A DNA stretch of 57,499 nt, taken from contig JAFGBY010000106.1 in NCBI GenBank assembly GCA_016932915.1, positions 1 to 57,499 on the forward strand. Direction: 5' to 3'. Below are positions 1 to 9,042 of this stretch, in pieces. Each line of letters starts with the position of its first letter. Within the stretch, counting starts at the first letter, position 1. The notes beneath the pieces are model-generated. The model ran no database searches. It worked only from the letters and a program-made list of their open reading frames with translations, and was not told the origin of the DNA. The stretch comes from Acidobacteriota bacterium. Lineage in GTDB: Bacteria > Acidobacteriota > DATKUA01 > JAFGBY01. The translations under genes were made by a program, and so were the position numbers.

Positions 1-631
1 CGCTGATTATTTTTTCAAATTTAATCTTCAGGTCTTCGAATAATCCTTCACTTAAGCTCTCAGAGAGTACATCGGAAATTATCTCGATTATCTCCCCGCG
101 AGATTTAGTCTTCATTATTGTATCTGCTACAGATTCAAAATTCGTATATACCTGGTTCCTGATAGTATTTAATATAACTTCTTGTTCAGTGCTGAATTCT
201 CTCTTAAATTCTCCTGGTTCTATAGGGGGCATGGAACCGGTAACAGTTCTTTTTGCTTCAATTTTTTTCAAAACTTCAGGGATCAACGAGAGTAGAGCTT
301 CCGGGGAAAACGGTTTTGTAAGGTAGTCTATTGCTCCCATTATATTGATGAATTTATCTCCTACCTTCTCACCCTTAGCGGACATAACAATAATTGGTAC
401 ATCTTTCAGTTCATTGTCCTTGCGGAGGGCTTTACAGACCTGAAAACCGTTCATCTTGGGCATTATGAAGTCCAATATAACCAGGTCGGGTTTTACCTCT
501 TTAGCCATATTGATACCTTCGAGGCCATCCTCCGCGGTATAAACTTCATACCCTGCTTGAGTGAGAATCATCTCAAGGATTTTCAGTATCGTTTGGCTGT
601 CATCTACAGCCAGTATCTTGTGTTTGGACAT
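1..631 (-). CDS. Response regulator, CheY-like receiver domain plus uncharacterised C-terminal region (partial, 3' end beyond window start)
   Basis: Absent from the ORF track because it is open to the window edge. My reverse translation from ATG (631-629) gives MSKHKILAVDDSQTILKILEMILTQAGYEVYTAEDGLEG...KPDLVILDFIMPKMNG...PIIVMSAKG...IDYLTKPF. This shows the acidic DD pair, the phospho-acceptor Asp, and the conserved Ser and Lys. The frame stays open to nt 2. Confidence 0.85.
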   Translation of the reverse strand, partial: MSKHKILAVDDSQTILKILEMILTQAGYEVYTAEDGLEGINMAKEVKPDLVILDFIMPKMNGFQVCKALRKDNELKDVPIIVMSAKGEKVGDKFINIMGAIDYLTKPFSPEALLSLIPEVLKKIEAKRTVTGSMPPIEPGEFKREFSTEQEVILNTIRNQVYTNFESVADTIMKTKSRGEIIEIISDVLSESLSEGLFEDLKIKFEKIIS

Positions 632-796
632 ATCTTCTTTTTTCTTTACATATTTATATTAAAGAATCCCGCCACCTTAAAATCTATATTATTGTACAGG
701 GTTTGTCAATAGACCCAATTTTATGCAATAACGTCCTTAAATGCTATTTGCACAACATTAATTTAAGAATTATTATATGTTCAGCTAGGAGAAAGA

Positions 797-2107
797 ATGA
801 GAAAATTTATAATCCTTATCAGTGTTTTTTTGTTTTTTTTAATAGCCTGTGACGAAGAAAACAAATTCCCTATCGCTGTATTCATCCTTTCCCAAATGGA
901 AGGTTCTGCGCCACTTGAAGTCAATATGGATGCCTCCGGGTCATATGACCCCGATGGTAATATTACAGCCTGGTCCTGGGATTTTGGTGATGGTGAAAGT
1001 GGATCAGGCGTAGAGGTAGTGCATACATTCCAGAGTGAAGGTGTTTATACAATTACTCTCACTGTTACGGATAATACAGGGGCTACGGATATCGAAACTG
1101 CGGTAGTAACAGTTACCCGGAACGAGATAACAAGATTATTCAGTAGTGTAAAATACTGGGCTTATCAACTCCAGGGGATGGAGGAAGGCGATTCCGTCTC
1201 TCAACTGGTAAATTCCCGGTATGATCTCCTGGTGCTGGAACCACTTTGCACTGACTGGTCATATGATGAGGCGAAAAAGTTTGATACTGCCGGCATGGTT
1301 TCGAAAATTAAGGCTAGCAAGGCAAACAATGGGACTGATCGAAAACTCGTGATGGCATATGTTAATATTGCCGAGGCTGAGGACTGGAGATGGTATTGGG
1401 TAGAAAATAACTGGCCTGCATGGAATCAGGGAAAACCCCGCCCTGCCGGGCTGCCGGAGTATATCCTCAAACAGGATCCGGATGGATGGTCCGGGAATTT
1501 CCCTGTCGCATACTGGGATGAGGAATGGCAGGATATAATAATCTATGGGGAAAATACTGGTACCAATCCGGACAGGGATTACAAAAGCGCAATAGATGAG
1601 ATTATCCAGGATGGTTTCGACGGAGTGTTTATGGATTGGGTTGCGGCGTTTGAGGATGATTCAGTCATCGCGGCGGCGAAAGCGGCAGGGGTAAACCCGG
1701 AAGAGGAAATGATAAAACTTATCCAGCGAATTCACGACTATGCGCAGGAGAGGAAGCCCGGGTTTATCGTGATACAGCAGAACGGGTCGGCTTTATTGGA
1801 AGGGCGAAGCCATCTGCTGAATTATATTGATGGTATCTCGCAGGAGGGAATCTGGTACTGGGGCGAAGCCGATGTTGGCTGGAATAATCCCAAAGGCTAT
1901 GACATCGCTACAGAGGCAGCACTGACCGTGTGGTATATACAGAATCTTGATAAATTCCTTACCGCCGGGGTGAAAGTGCTATGTTGTGATTATACGGTAA
2001 AACATGCTGCGGCTACCTACCAGAAGGCTCTAGATAAAGGATATATCGGTTATTGCGCAAGGGCGTCTCTGGACAGGCTTACCGGTACCCCGCCACCGAG
2101 GTATTAG
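797..2107 (+). CDS. Lipoprotein: PKD domain fused to a TM1410/GH114-like (endo-alpha-1,4-polygalactosaminidase-like) glycoside hydrolase domain
   Basis: 436 aa. Signal/lipobox-like MRKFIILISVFLFFLIAC. PKD signature DASGSYDPDGNITAWSWDFGDG...YTITLTVTDNTGATD. The remainder (YWAYQLQG, YDLLVLEP, VNIAEAEDWRWYW, GFDGVFMDW) matches by eye the TM1410/MJ1477-GH114 family. AGGAG RBS just upstream. Confidence 0.65.
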   Translation: MRKFIILISVFLFFLIACDEENKFPIAVFILSQMEGSAPLEVNMDASGSYDPDGNITAWSWDFGDGESGSGVEVVHTFQSEGVYTITLTVTDNTGATDIETAVVTVTRNEITRLFSSVKYWAYQLQGMEEGDSVSQLVNSRYDLLVLEPLCTDWSYDEAKKFDTAGMVSKIKASKANNGTDRKLVMAYVNIAEAEDWRWYWVENNWPAWNQGKPRPAGLPEYILKQDPDGWSGNFPVAYWDEEWQDIIIYGENTGTNPDRDYKSAIDEIIQDGFDGVFMDWVAAFEDDSVIAAAKAAGVNPEEEMIKLIQRIHDYAQERKPGFIVIQQNGSALLEGRSHLLNYIDGISQEGIWYWGEADVGWNNPKGYDIATEAALTVWYIQNLDKFLTAGVKVLCCDYTVKHAAATYQKALDKGYIGYCARASLDRLTGTPPPRY

Positions 2108-3516
2108 AACTGGAAGTATATAAAAGCGCTCCCGGGGCCGCGGATGAAGATACATGCTGCGATCATCAGGGTGATTATTATCGGCTCAATCGAAAGATAG
2201 AATTTTGACTGGAAGAATTTCCAGTTGTCCGCTTTCATGAGGAAGAAAATCTCCCGGAGTATTACCAGCGCAATCAACAGGAAGACAAATACGCTGTATA
2301 TTGTGTTCGGGTTCAAGTAGAACTTCGAGAAGTCGAACATCATCCCGATGATTCCAACCGCCTGGCCGAGATTTTTCGCGCGGAAGAATACCCAGGCAAT
2401 CCATACAAGTATCACAACGATTAAAGCTGCCAGATAGCGCCCGCCGGGGAGTTTCTTTACCTTCTTTGGCCACCTGGTTACCTGCTCGACTGATATATAA
2501 AACGCGTGCAGAAGTCCCCAGATAACAAAATGCCATGCCGCCCCGTGCCACAGGCCGGAGAGGAACATCGTTATCCACATGCTTTTGTGGGCGTTCCACT
2601 GGGTCATTTTTCTTCTGAGCAGAGGATGGTAAACATAATCGGCGAACCAGGATGAGAGCGAAATATGCCACCTGCGCCAGAAATCCGCAAAACTGGTGGA
2701 GGTATACGGGTGGTTGAAGTTCAGGTTGAATTCATACCCCATCCACTTTGCGAGGCCGCGCGCGATATCGCTATAGCCGGAGAAATCACAGTAAATCTGG
2801 AATGCGAACATCGTTACGATTATCCACCAGAAAAACATGGACGGCTCAAGTATCTTGTCATCAAATGCCGCGTTGATAACCGGCGCGAAATTATCCGCGA
2901 TAACTACCTTCTTGAAATAGCCGTGGACGATCAGCTTCAATCCCTCCCAGCGCTCGTATTCGCTGACCTTCCGATATGATTTCAGCTGCGGCAGGAGGTC
3001 TGCAGCGCGCACAATCGGCCCTGCGACCAGCTGAGGGAACATAGAAAGGTATGCGAAGAAATGCAGGATGTTATTCGTGGGGGTGAGTTTGTTCTTATAT
3101 ACATCAATGGTATAACTCATCGACTGGAATGTATAAAAACTGATACCTATCGGCAGGGTGAGTTTCACGATCGGCAGGCTCATGTCGAGGCCGATCATAT
3201 GGATACCCGAGTTGATATTTATAAGCAGGAAGGTCAGGTATTTGAAAACTGCCAGCGAGCCGAGGTTGCCAACGACAGAGAGCACTAGGAAAGTTTTCCG
3301 GTGTTTCGGGTGTTTGAGCATTGCAAGGGCGGCGAAGTAATCGATCAGGCCGCTGCCGATGATCAGGAAGATGAAACGCCAGTCCCACCAGCCGTAGAAG
3401 AAGAAGGATGCTGCGACCAGGTAACCCCAGCGTGAGCTGTCCCATTTCCGAAGGACCGGCCAGAGCGCAAAAAAGAGCGCCCCGAAAAGTAAAAACTCAA
3501 CTGAATTGAATAGCAT
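2104..3516 (-). CDS. MBOAT-family membrane O-acyltransferase (AlgI/DltB/PatA-like)
   Basis: 470-aa polytopic ORF with MBOAT hallmarks, including the conserved His in FWRRWHISLSSWF and GLWHGAAWHF. The alternative-frame ORFs inside it are shadows. Confidence 0.9.
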   Translation of the reverse strand: MLFNSVEFLLFGALFFALWPVLRKWDSSRWGYLVAASFFFYGWWDWRFIFLIIGSGLIDYFAALAMLKHPKHRKTFLVLSVVGNLGSLAVFKYLTFLLININSGIHMIGLDMSLPIVKLTLPIGISFYTFQSMSYTIDVYKNKLTPTNNILHFFAYLSMFPQLVAGPIVRAADLLPQLKSYRKVSEYERWEGLKLIVHGYFKKVVIADNFAPVINAAFDDKILEPSMFFWWIIVTMFAFQIYCDFSGYSDIARGLAKWMGYEFNLNFNHPYTSTSFADFWRRWHISLSSWFADYVYHPLLRRKMTQWNAHKSMWITMFLSGLWHGAAWHFVIWGLLHAFYISVEQVTRWPKKVKKLPGGRYLAALIVVILVWIAWVFFRAKNLGQAVGIIGMMFDFSKFYLNPNTIYSVFVFLLIALVILREIFFLMKADNWKFFQSKFYLSIEPIIITLMIAACIFIRGPGSAFIYFQF

Positions 3517-3624
3517 CCCTCGATCCCATCTTCCAAATCAAAACAGTTTTGAATCATACATTCAATGCAGGGTGAAAGCAAGGAAGCTGAAATAGAGTAT
3601 AACTTAAAACCAAGTGATTAAATT

Positions 3625-4758
3625 TTAATAGGGGAGCTTACCCATTTTTTCTTTATATCCGGTCATGTGTGTTCGCACAGCTGAATCCGCAAGGGCATAG
3701 CCCCAGTTAATCAGGGCCTTTTGCTCTGAATCTTCAAATTTATTCAATCTCGTCCTCACCTGTTTTAACGCCCGGGTTTCATCGGTGTCTTTCATCAGTG
3801 GTGGAGTAGGCACCTTGTTTTTATCTTTATATCCTTCAATCTCTGTCGCTATACCCCAGTAAACCGGGACATGTGAAGGGTTGTTTTTTGCTAATTCTAT
3901 CAGGAAGCGTCTTCTTACCGCTTGATTTTGTTGGTGCGCAATATGAAAAGATCGCAATGCCCTTCCGATTTGACTTACCCTGATCAAAAAAGAGTCGGTA
4001 ATCATCTTCATTCTCCTGCCTGCATCGGAGACCATAACGGTTTCATATGTATCCCATATCCTCTCAAGGCCCATATTGTCGTATATTCCGCCATCCCCTA
4101 ATAACAGAAGTGATTTCATTTTTTTGTTATCATGAAGGTCGGCGCCTTCAGTTTCTTTCCATAGGGATGGATCTAACCTGAGTTTTACCGGGCAAAACGG
4201 CGATGGAAATGCGCTCGACGCCGCGACAACTGTCGCCATATCGAGATCAGGATTCATTATCATTCCAAGGTGATAATCCGCCATGTATGGCTTTGCGAAG
4301 CGCACACTTGCGCCGGTCTGGAGAGAAGTGGCATAAAAGGTAAATCTCGGCCCCTGGCTGTCATAGGGAAGGTCGCTCAGTTTATCTTTACCGTACAGGA
4401 GTTTCTTGTATTGTGATATCAATAGATTGCTTGGGTGATGGAAGGGGCTGAGCATCCCAAGAGCGCCACACTTGATATCTATAGAAATAGAACAGAACTT
4501 TCTGAATGGTTTGACTATCAGTTCTTCGAAATTTTCAGCGACATCCTTTTGAAATTTCAAATTCTTCCAGTTTAAACCAACATAAGCTGCCAGTATGGAA
4601 CCCCCGGATACGCTGGTGATTTCATCGATTTTCTTAAGTATGCCTAATTCGTTAAGCCGCCATAGGCTTCCAAGATGAAACAGGGCTGCGCGGTACCCTC
4701 CACCGGATAAAGCAAGCCCGATCCCTTTTTTCTTTTTTTTCTCAATGTCCTTCTTCAT
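3625..4758 (-). CDS. Patatin-like phospholipase
   Basis: 377 aa. Oxyanion-hole motif GLALSGGGYRA, nucleophile elbow TSVSGGS, catalytic Asp in LGDGGIYDN. GAGGG RBS upstream of the ATG. Confidence 0.88.
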   Translation of the reverse strand: MKKDIEKKKKKGIGLALSGGGYRAALFHLGSLWRLNELGILKKIDEITSVSGGSILAAYVGLNWKNLKFQKDVAENFEELIVKPFRKFCSISIDIKCGALGMLSPFHHPSNLLISQYKKLLYGKDKLSDLPYDSQGPRFTFYATSLQTGASVRFAKPYMADYHLGMIMNPDLDMATVVAASSAFPSPFCPVKLRLDPSLWKETEGADLHDNKKMKSLLLLGDGGIYDNMGLERIWDTYETVMVSDAGRRMKMITDSFLIRVSQIGRALRSFHIAHQQNQAVRRRFLIELAKNNPSHVPVYWGIATEIEGYKDKNKVPTPPLMKDTDETRALKQVRTRLNKFEDSEQKALINWGYALADSAVRTHMTGYKEKMGKLPY

Positions 4759-5025
4759 TTTTTCCCTCTATCTATAGGGTTTTATCTTTGATTAGATACT
4801 TTTATCCTGACAGAGATAAAACAAGGCAAATTCTCATATTAAACCTTAATAATATATAATATTGTCCCGAGTTTCGTGGAATGCAAGAATATAATTAATC
4901 ATCGCCTATCGTAAATTGGATATGCTAGGTATGTTTTTTGATTATTCTGGGCTTTAATTAAATTACTTTATAATTTTCACGAAAGAGGAAATCGAAGATT
5001 GCCTCGGAAGTTAAAAAAAATGGTA

Positions 5026-5053
5026 GTCATTCCCATGAAAATGGGAATCTTCC
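5026..5053 (+). repeat. GTCAT-type hairpin repeat (stem attcccat/atgggaat, GAAA loop)
   Basis: gtcattcccatgaaaatgggaatcttcc. It has the same flanks (gtcatt ... aatcttc) and GAAA loop as the copies at 20198, 22944 and 6243(-), but a different, still complementary stem. Confidence 0.8.
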
Positions 5054-5078
5054 TTTTAGAAATATGCCTAAAAAGAAT

Positions 5079-5118
5079 ATGCTCGGCTGCCTTCCTTCCC
5101 AGAATCCCCGAGCATGAC
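5079..5118 (-). repeat. GTCAT-type hairpin repeat, large-loop variant
   Basis: On the minus strand: gtcatgctcgg-22 nt-ccgagcat. An 8-bp stem atgctcgg/ccgagcat is directly visible. Confidence 0.65.
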
Positions 5119-5177
5119 ACCCATTTTCGATGGGAGCAGGTGGTCTGCGACATACGCTGTTCCCGTTAAAGATTATT

Positions 5178-5204
5178 GAATCGCCGGGTGTGTCCGGCTC
5201 CCAC
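5178..5204 (-). repeat. GTGGGAGCCGG-N6-CCGGCGATTC hairpin repeat
   Basis: The reverse complement gtgggagccggacacacccggcgattc matches 20125..20151 at 24 of 27 positions. The differences are confined to the loop. It lies immediately 3' of the MBL gene in the direction of transcription. Confidence 0.8.
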
Positions 5205-5208
5205 TTTT

Positions 5209-6075
5209 TTATTTTTTATTCAGGTCGCTGTAGATTATCTTGATCCATCTTTCGGTATTGATGAACTGCCATTCCCAATTTTTGTATTTTTCGGGCAGGC
5301 CTTCTTTCAATATCTCCTCTTCGGATAATCCATTGTCTATTTTTGCCTGGATGATACCGATGGTTTCTTTCAATACATTTACATCGTTTTTCAGGTCTTC
5401 TTTGGTTGATAGTGGACCATGTCCCGGGACGATTTTGTAACCATCAGGAATTTCGCTAAGTAGTTTTTCATTATTCTTTATGAATCCTTTCACGCTTCCG
5501 CCCTGTTTGAGGTCGATATAAGGAAAACGCCGTGCGAAATAGAGGTCGCCCATCGTTACAACTTTCAAATCATCGAAGAACAGTACAATATCGGTATCTG
5601 TATGCCCTGAAGGCATATAAATAAGCCGGACTTTTATCCCATGAAAATCTATTACTTTTTCATCCTTGAAAGTAACATCAGGCAGGAAATCGGTTCTGCC
5701 TTTCTCCGTAAGGCGTTTTTTCAGGTTTTCATGGGCGATTATCTGAGCCCCGGCTTTTCTGAAATTCGGATTATTCGCGATATGGTCATCGTGGATATGA
5801 GTATTGATCATATATTTGATCTTTTTCCCGCCAAGGGATTCTATTTTCGCTATTATCTTCTCGAACAATGGCGGAAACATCCCATCGACTATCAGGGCTT
5901 CACTGTCCCGGCATAAGACAGTCATATTTCCACCCATGCCTTCGAACATGTAGATGCCTTCATTCAGTTTCGTATCCTTTATTTCGACTTTACTCCAGTC
6001 AAAATCCTCTCCAACAAGCATAAATGCCAGGGAAAGTGATAGGATCAGCAGAAAAAATATTTTCGAAGTTTTCAT
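5209..6075 (-). CDS. Secreted MBL-fold metallo-hydrolase
   Basis: 288 aa. N-terminal signal peptide MKTSKIFFLLILSLSLAFML. Metal-binding motifs THIHDDH (HxHxDH), SGHTDTD and PGHG. Confidence 0.85.
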   Translation of the reverse strand: MKTSKIFFLLILSLSLAFMLVGEDFDWSKVEIKDTKLNEGIYMFEGMGGNMTVLCRDSEALIVDGMFPPLFEKIIAKIESLGGKKIKYMINTHIHDDHIANNPNFRKAGAQIIAHENLKKRLTEKGRTDFLPDVTFKDEKVIDFHGIKVRLIYMPSGHTDTDIVLFFDDLKVVTMGDLYFARRFPYIDLKQGGSVKGFIKNNEKLLSEIPDGYKIVPGHGPLSTKEDLKNDVNVLKETIGIIQAKIDNGLSEEEILKEGLPEKYKNWEWQFINTERWIKIIYSDLNKK

Positions 6076-6242
6076 AATGACCTCCAGTTAATCGGTTTGT
6101 TATGTTTATTATAATGATTGGAGAGTTTTTATAAAGAAATTTTGTGTATGGTAAATGTCTGCTCTTGAGATTGTAGAAATGTCGGACATCGCGTGCGAAG
6201 ACCCGAGATCTTCGATTTCCCACATTTCAGTTAACGTAATAC

Positions 6243-6269
6243 GAAGATTCCCGCTTTCGCGGGAATGAC
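6243..6269 (-). repeat. GTCAT-type hairpin repeat
   Basis: The reverse complement is gtcattcccgcgaaagcgggaatcttc: an 8-bp stem, a GAAA loop and the family flanks. Confidence 0.8.
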
Positions 6270-6284
6270 CTACTTTTCTCTATT

Positions 6285-6307
6285 GGAGCAGGTGTGTCAC
6301 CTGCTCC
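6285..6307. repeat. GC-rich perfect hairpin (10-bp stem)
   Basis: ggagcaggtg-tgt-cacctgctcc. Confidence 0.6.
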
Positions 6308-6369
6308 GAAACGGTTTGCTTGGGGTGCGATAACATATCACGCCCCGCATAGACCAGATACTTGGATTT

Positions 6370-6393
6370 GTCACCCCGGACTTGATCCGGGGT
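6370..6393 (+). repeat. GTCAC-type hairpin repeat
   Basis: gtcaccccggacttgatccggggt: an 8-bp stem accccgga/tccggggt with a 5-nt loop. Confidence 0.65.
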
Positions 6394-6474
6394 CTTTAAG
6401 AATCAATTCATAATGAGAAAAATAGTAGTGCTTTTGCTGTAATGATTTTGAACAAGGATTCATTTTCAATAAAG

Positions 6475-6498
6475 ATGCCGGGTCAGGCCCGGCATGAC
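6475..6498 (-). repeat. GTCAT-type hairpin repeat
   Basis: The plus strand reads atgccgggtcaggcccggcatgac. The reverse complement starts gtcatgccggg. 8-bp stem. Confidence 0.65.
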
Positions 6499-6545
6499 GA
6501 ACTACGACAGTGTTTTTTGCATGAATTGGGAATAATGAATATTAA

Positions 6546-6573
6546 TTGACTGGTGCACAATTTCTGTTAAAAT
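6546..6573 (+). promoter_or_regulatory. Sigma70-like promoter upstream of ffh
   Basis: TTGACT-16 nt-TAAAAT, about 30 nt upstream of the ffh start. Confidence 0.4.
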
Positions 6574-6601
6574 CCGGTTTTAATTGTGAATATGGTAATT
6601 C

Positions 6602-7942
6602 GTGATGTTTGACCGACTTGGAACACGACTGGAAACTATTTTCTCGAAGCTGCGCGGATACGGAAAAATAACAAAAGCAGACGTTGAGGCGGGGTTAAGA
6701 GAGATACGTATAGCTTTTCTCGAAGCAGATGTAAATTTCAAGGTTGTAAAATCCTTTATAGATGTTGTCCGTGAAAAAGCTCTCGGGGAACGTGTATTCG
6801 AAAGCCTTACCCCCGGGCAGCAGGTTGTTAAAATCGTCAAGGACGAGATGACCGCTGTTCTCGGTGCAGATGCCGAGGATATCAAAGTCGGGAAGGATAA
6901 ACCTGCCATTCTTATGCTAGCCGGACTCCAGGGCAGTGGTAAGACTACTACCGCCGGAAAGCTTGCCCTCCGCCTGAAAGATAAGAATTTAAAATCCCTG
7001 CTAGTATCTACCGATGTATACCGCCCGGCCGCTATTGAACAGCTACGGAGCCTTGCGAAGAAATCAGGGCTTGATTTCTATGAGGCGGACAGCGACAAGC
7101 CGTTAAAGATTGCAGATAAAGCTCTTTCCGAGGCGAAAAAAGGCGGATATGACCTTATGATAGTCGATACAGCCGGCAGGCTGCATATCGACGAAGAGAT
7201 GATGAAAGAAGCTAAGGACCTTTCGAAGCTTCTAAAACCACACGAAATTTTTTATGTCGCGGATTCAATGACAGGCCAGGATGCTGTTACAAGCGCACTG
7301 GCATTTCATGAATCGCTCCCGCTCACAGGAGTAGTGCTGACTAAGCTGGACGGCGATGCCCGTGGCGGCGCGGCGTTTTCTATAAAATCTGTCACCGGTG
7401 TACCACTCAGGTTTATCGGTGTAGGCGAAAAGGTTTCAGACCTGGAACTCTTCCATCCGGACAGGCTGGTCTCCCGCATTCTCGGAATGGGAGATGTGCT
7501 AACACTCATCGAGAAAGCGGAAGCTACTATTGACCAGGAAGAGGCAGAAGAATTGACCCGCAGGATGCTCAAGGACGAGATGACCCTTGATGATTTTGCG
7601 AAGCAGCTAAAGCAGTTGAAACAAATGGGCCCGATTAGCCAGGTTGCTTCGATGTTACCCGGGATGGGAAAAAACCCGGCATTGAAAAACCTGAACGTCG
7701 AGGAACGTGATATAAAAAGAGTTGAGGCTATTATAAGTAGCATGACTCCGAAGGAGAGACAGAATCATCAAATCATCAATGGAAGCAGGAGAAAGCGGAT
7801 TGCACGCGGAAGTGGCACTACAGTAGAGCAGATAAACCAGCTTTTGAAGCAATTTGCAATGATGAAAAAAATGATGAAAAACATGGGAAAATTTGGTTTA
7901 AAAGGAAAACGTGGTATAATAGATTTCTCAGCGTTTAAGTAG
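6602..7942 (+). CDS. ffh: Signal recognition particle protein Ffh
   Basis: 446 aa. N domain, SRP54 GTPase motifs GLQGSGKTTT, DTAGR and TKLDG, and a Met-rich M domain (QFAMMKKMMKNMG). The track start is GTG 6602; the ATG at 6605 is equally plausible. Confidence 0.97.
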   Translation: MMFDRLGTRLETIFSKLRGYGKITKADVEAGLREIRIAFLEADVNFKVVKSFIDVVREKALGERVFESLTPGQQVVKIVKDEMTAVLGADAEDIKVGKDKPAILMLAGLQGSGKTTTAGKLALRLKDKNLKSLLVSTDVYRPAAIEQLRSLAKKSGLDFYEADSDKPLKIADKALSEAKKGGYDLMIVDTAGRLHIDEEMMKEAKDLSKLLKPHEIFYVADSMTGQDAVTSALAFHESLPLTGVVLTKLDGDARGGAAFSIKSVTGVPLRFIGVGEKVSDLELFHPDRLVSRILGMGDVLTLIEKAEATIDQEEAEELTRRMLKDEMTLDDFAKQLKQLKQMGPISQVASMLPGMGKNPALKNLNVEERDIKRVEAIISSMTPKERQNHQIINGSRRKRIARGSGTTVEQINQLLKQFAMMKKMMKNMGKFGLKGKRGIIDFSAFK

Positions 7943-7976
7943 AAGTATATCAATTGGAAATGAGGAGGACGCAGAA

Positions 7977-8228
7977 GTGGTTGTTATTCGACTTCGCAGG
8001 ATGGGAGCCAAGAAAAAACCTATCTACAGAGTAGTAGTGGCTGATTCTAAACGGGCGCCCACCGGCAAATTTATTGAAACTGTTGGACGTTATAACCCTA
8101 ACGTCAATCCAATCGAATTGGAGTTGGACTTGGAACGAGTTGAGCACTGGGTTAAAAATGGTGCTCAGATGTCAGATACAGTAAAATCATTAGTAAAGAA
8201 AGCAAATGCAGTTTCTCAGAATGCCTGA
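7977..8228 (+). CDS. rpsP: 30S ribosomal protein S16
   Basis: MVVIRLRRMGAKKKPIYRVVVADSKRAPTGKFIETVGRYNP is the canonical S16 N-terminus. GAGGAGG RBS; conserved position after ffh. Confidence 0.97.
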   Translation: MVVIRLRRMGAKKKPIYRVVVADSKRAPTGKFIETVGRYNPNVNPIELELDLERVEHWVKNGAQMSDTVKSLVKKANAVSQNA

Positions 8229-8267
8229 GGACTATGGTTGACTCTTAATGCAGTAGGAGGATTCTTA

Positions 8268-8498
8268 ATGAAAGACTTGGTAGAAAGCATAGCAAAATCG
8301 CTGGTTGATCACCCTGATGATGTCGAAGTTACGGAGGTCGAAGGCGAACAGACAACTGTTCTTGAGCTGAGAGTAGCTCAGGAAGACCTGGGCAAAGTAA
8401 TTGGTAAAAAAGGTAGAACTGCTCAAGCCATCCGTACAATCGTAAACGCTGGCGGAATGAAGCTGAACAAACGATTCGTTCTTGAAATTCTTGAATAG
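8268..8498 (+). CDS. KH-domain RNA-binding protein (UPF0109/YlqC family)
   Basis: [18 protein letters not shown] (GxxG KH motif) and the typical rpsP-KH-rimM position. I prefer ATG 8268, preceded by AGGAGG, over the TTG at 8238 used by the track. Confidence 0.9.
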   Translation: MKDLVESIAKSLVDHPDDVEVTEVEGEQTTVLELRVAQEDLGKVIGKKGRTAQAIRTIVNAGGMKLNKRFVLEILE

Positions 8499-9042
8499 GG
8501 AACGAGCCGGAGAATACGAAACGCCTGAATATTTTACCATCGGGCGTATTCTTAAAACGCATGGTATACGGGGCGAGGTGATACTCGCCCCGTATCGAAT
8601 TGTGCAGGATGAAATTTTGGATTTTGAGTCCGTGATGATTGAAACGGATAATAAATTCGAGGAAATTGTTATTTCACAGATAAGGCCTCACAAGGATAGA
8701 TATATAGTCCTTTTCGAAGGCTTTAGCGACATCAACGAGTGCCAGGATTTAATCGGCAAGGAAATATACGCCGATGCCGATTCTTTAAGCGATGAAGCGC
8801 TTATATACCTTTTCCTGCAACAGACCGAGGGTATACGGGTCGAAGATTCAGAAGGAAAAGAAATTGGAGTTCTTACTGAGTTGATGGAAACCTCGGGCCA
8901 CCCGGTTTTTGTAATAGAGACGCCGGGTAAAAAGGAGTTGATGATTCCCGCTGTGGATGAATTCATCGAGGAAATTGACATGGATGATAAAAAACTCGTG
9001 TTAAATCCTCCCGAGGGGATCTTTGAAATTTATGATATTTAA
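8482..9042 (+). CDS. rimM: 16S rRNA processing protein RimM
   Basis: [16 protein letters not shown] plus a C-terminal PRC barrel ([22 protein letters not shown]). There is no ATG near the 5' end, so the TTG start overlapping the KH gene is uncertain. Confidence 0.9.
   Translation: MKFLNRERAGEYETPEYFTIGRILKTHGIRGEVILAPYRIVQDEILDFESVMIETDNKFEEIVISQIRPHKDRYIVLFEGFSDINECQDLIGKEIYADADSLSDEALIYLFLQQTEGIRVEDSEGKEIGVLTELMETSGHPVFVIETPGKKELMIPAVDEFIEEIDMDDKKLVLNPPEGIFEIYDI

Noticed and set aside
2186-3581. Several 60-160-aa alternative-frame ORFs inside the MBOAT gene. Similar shadow ORFs occur inside ffh, gltX, ppdK, the TPR gene and others.
   Set aside because: They are nested in, or antisense to, long ORFs with strong family signatures. 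They have no RBS and low-complexity translations.
3625-4758. Patatin-like phospholipase considered as a CBASS (CapV-type) or other defence effector.
   Set aside because: No cyclic-nucleotide synthase, sensor, E1/E2/JAB or other defence partner is adjacent. The neighbours are an MBOAT gene and a hairpin-rich spacer. It is kept only as a low-interest orphan.
5079-5118. The minus-strand hairpin loop reads GGGAAGGAAGGCAGCC. This resembles the conserved SRP RNA domain IV sequence (GGAAGGAAGCAGCC), and it lies only 1.5 kb from ffh.
   Set aside because: I cannot build the flanking helices expected for 4.5S/SRP RNA. The GGAA is not closed by a proper stem. The element clearly belongs to the GTCAT-hairpin repeat family (gtcatgctcgg...ccgagcat). 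A covariance-model scan (Rfam RF00169) would settle it.
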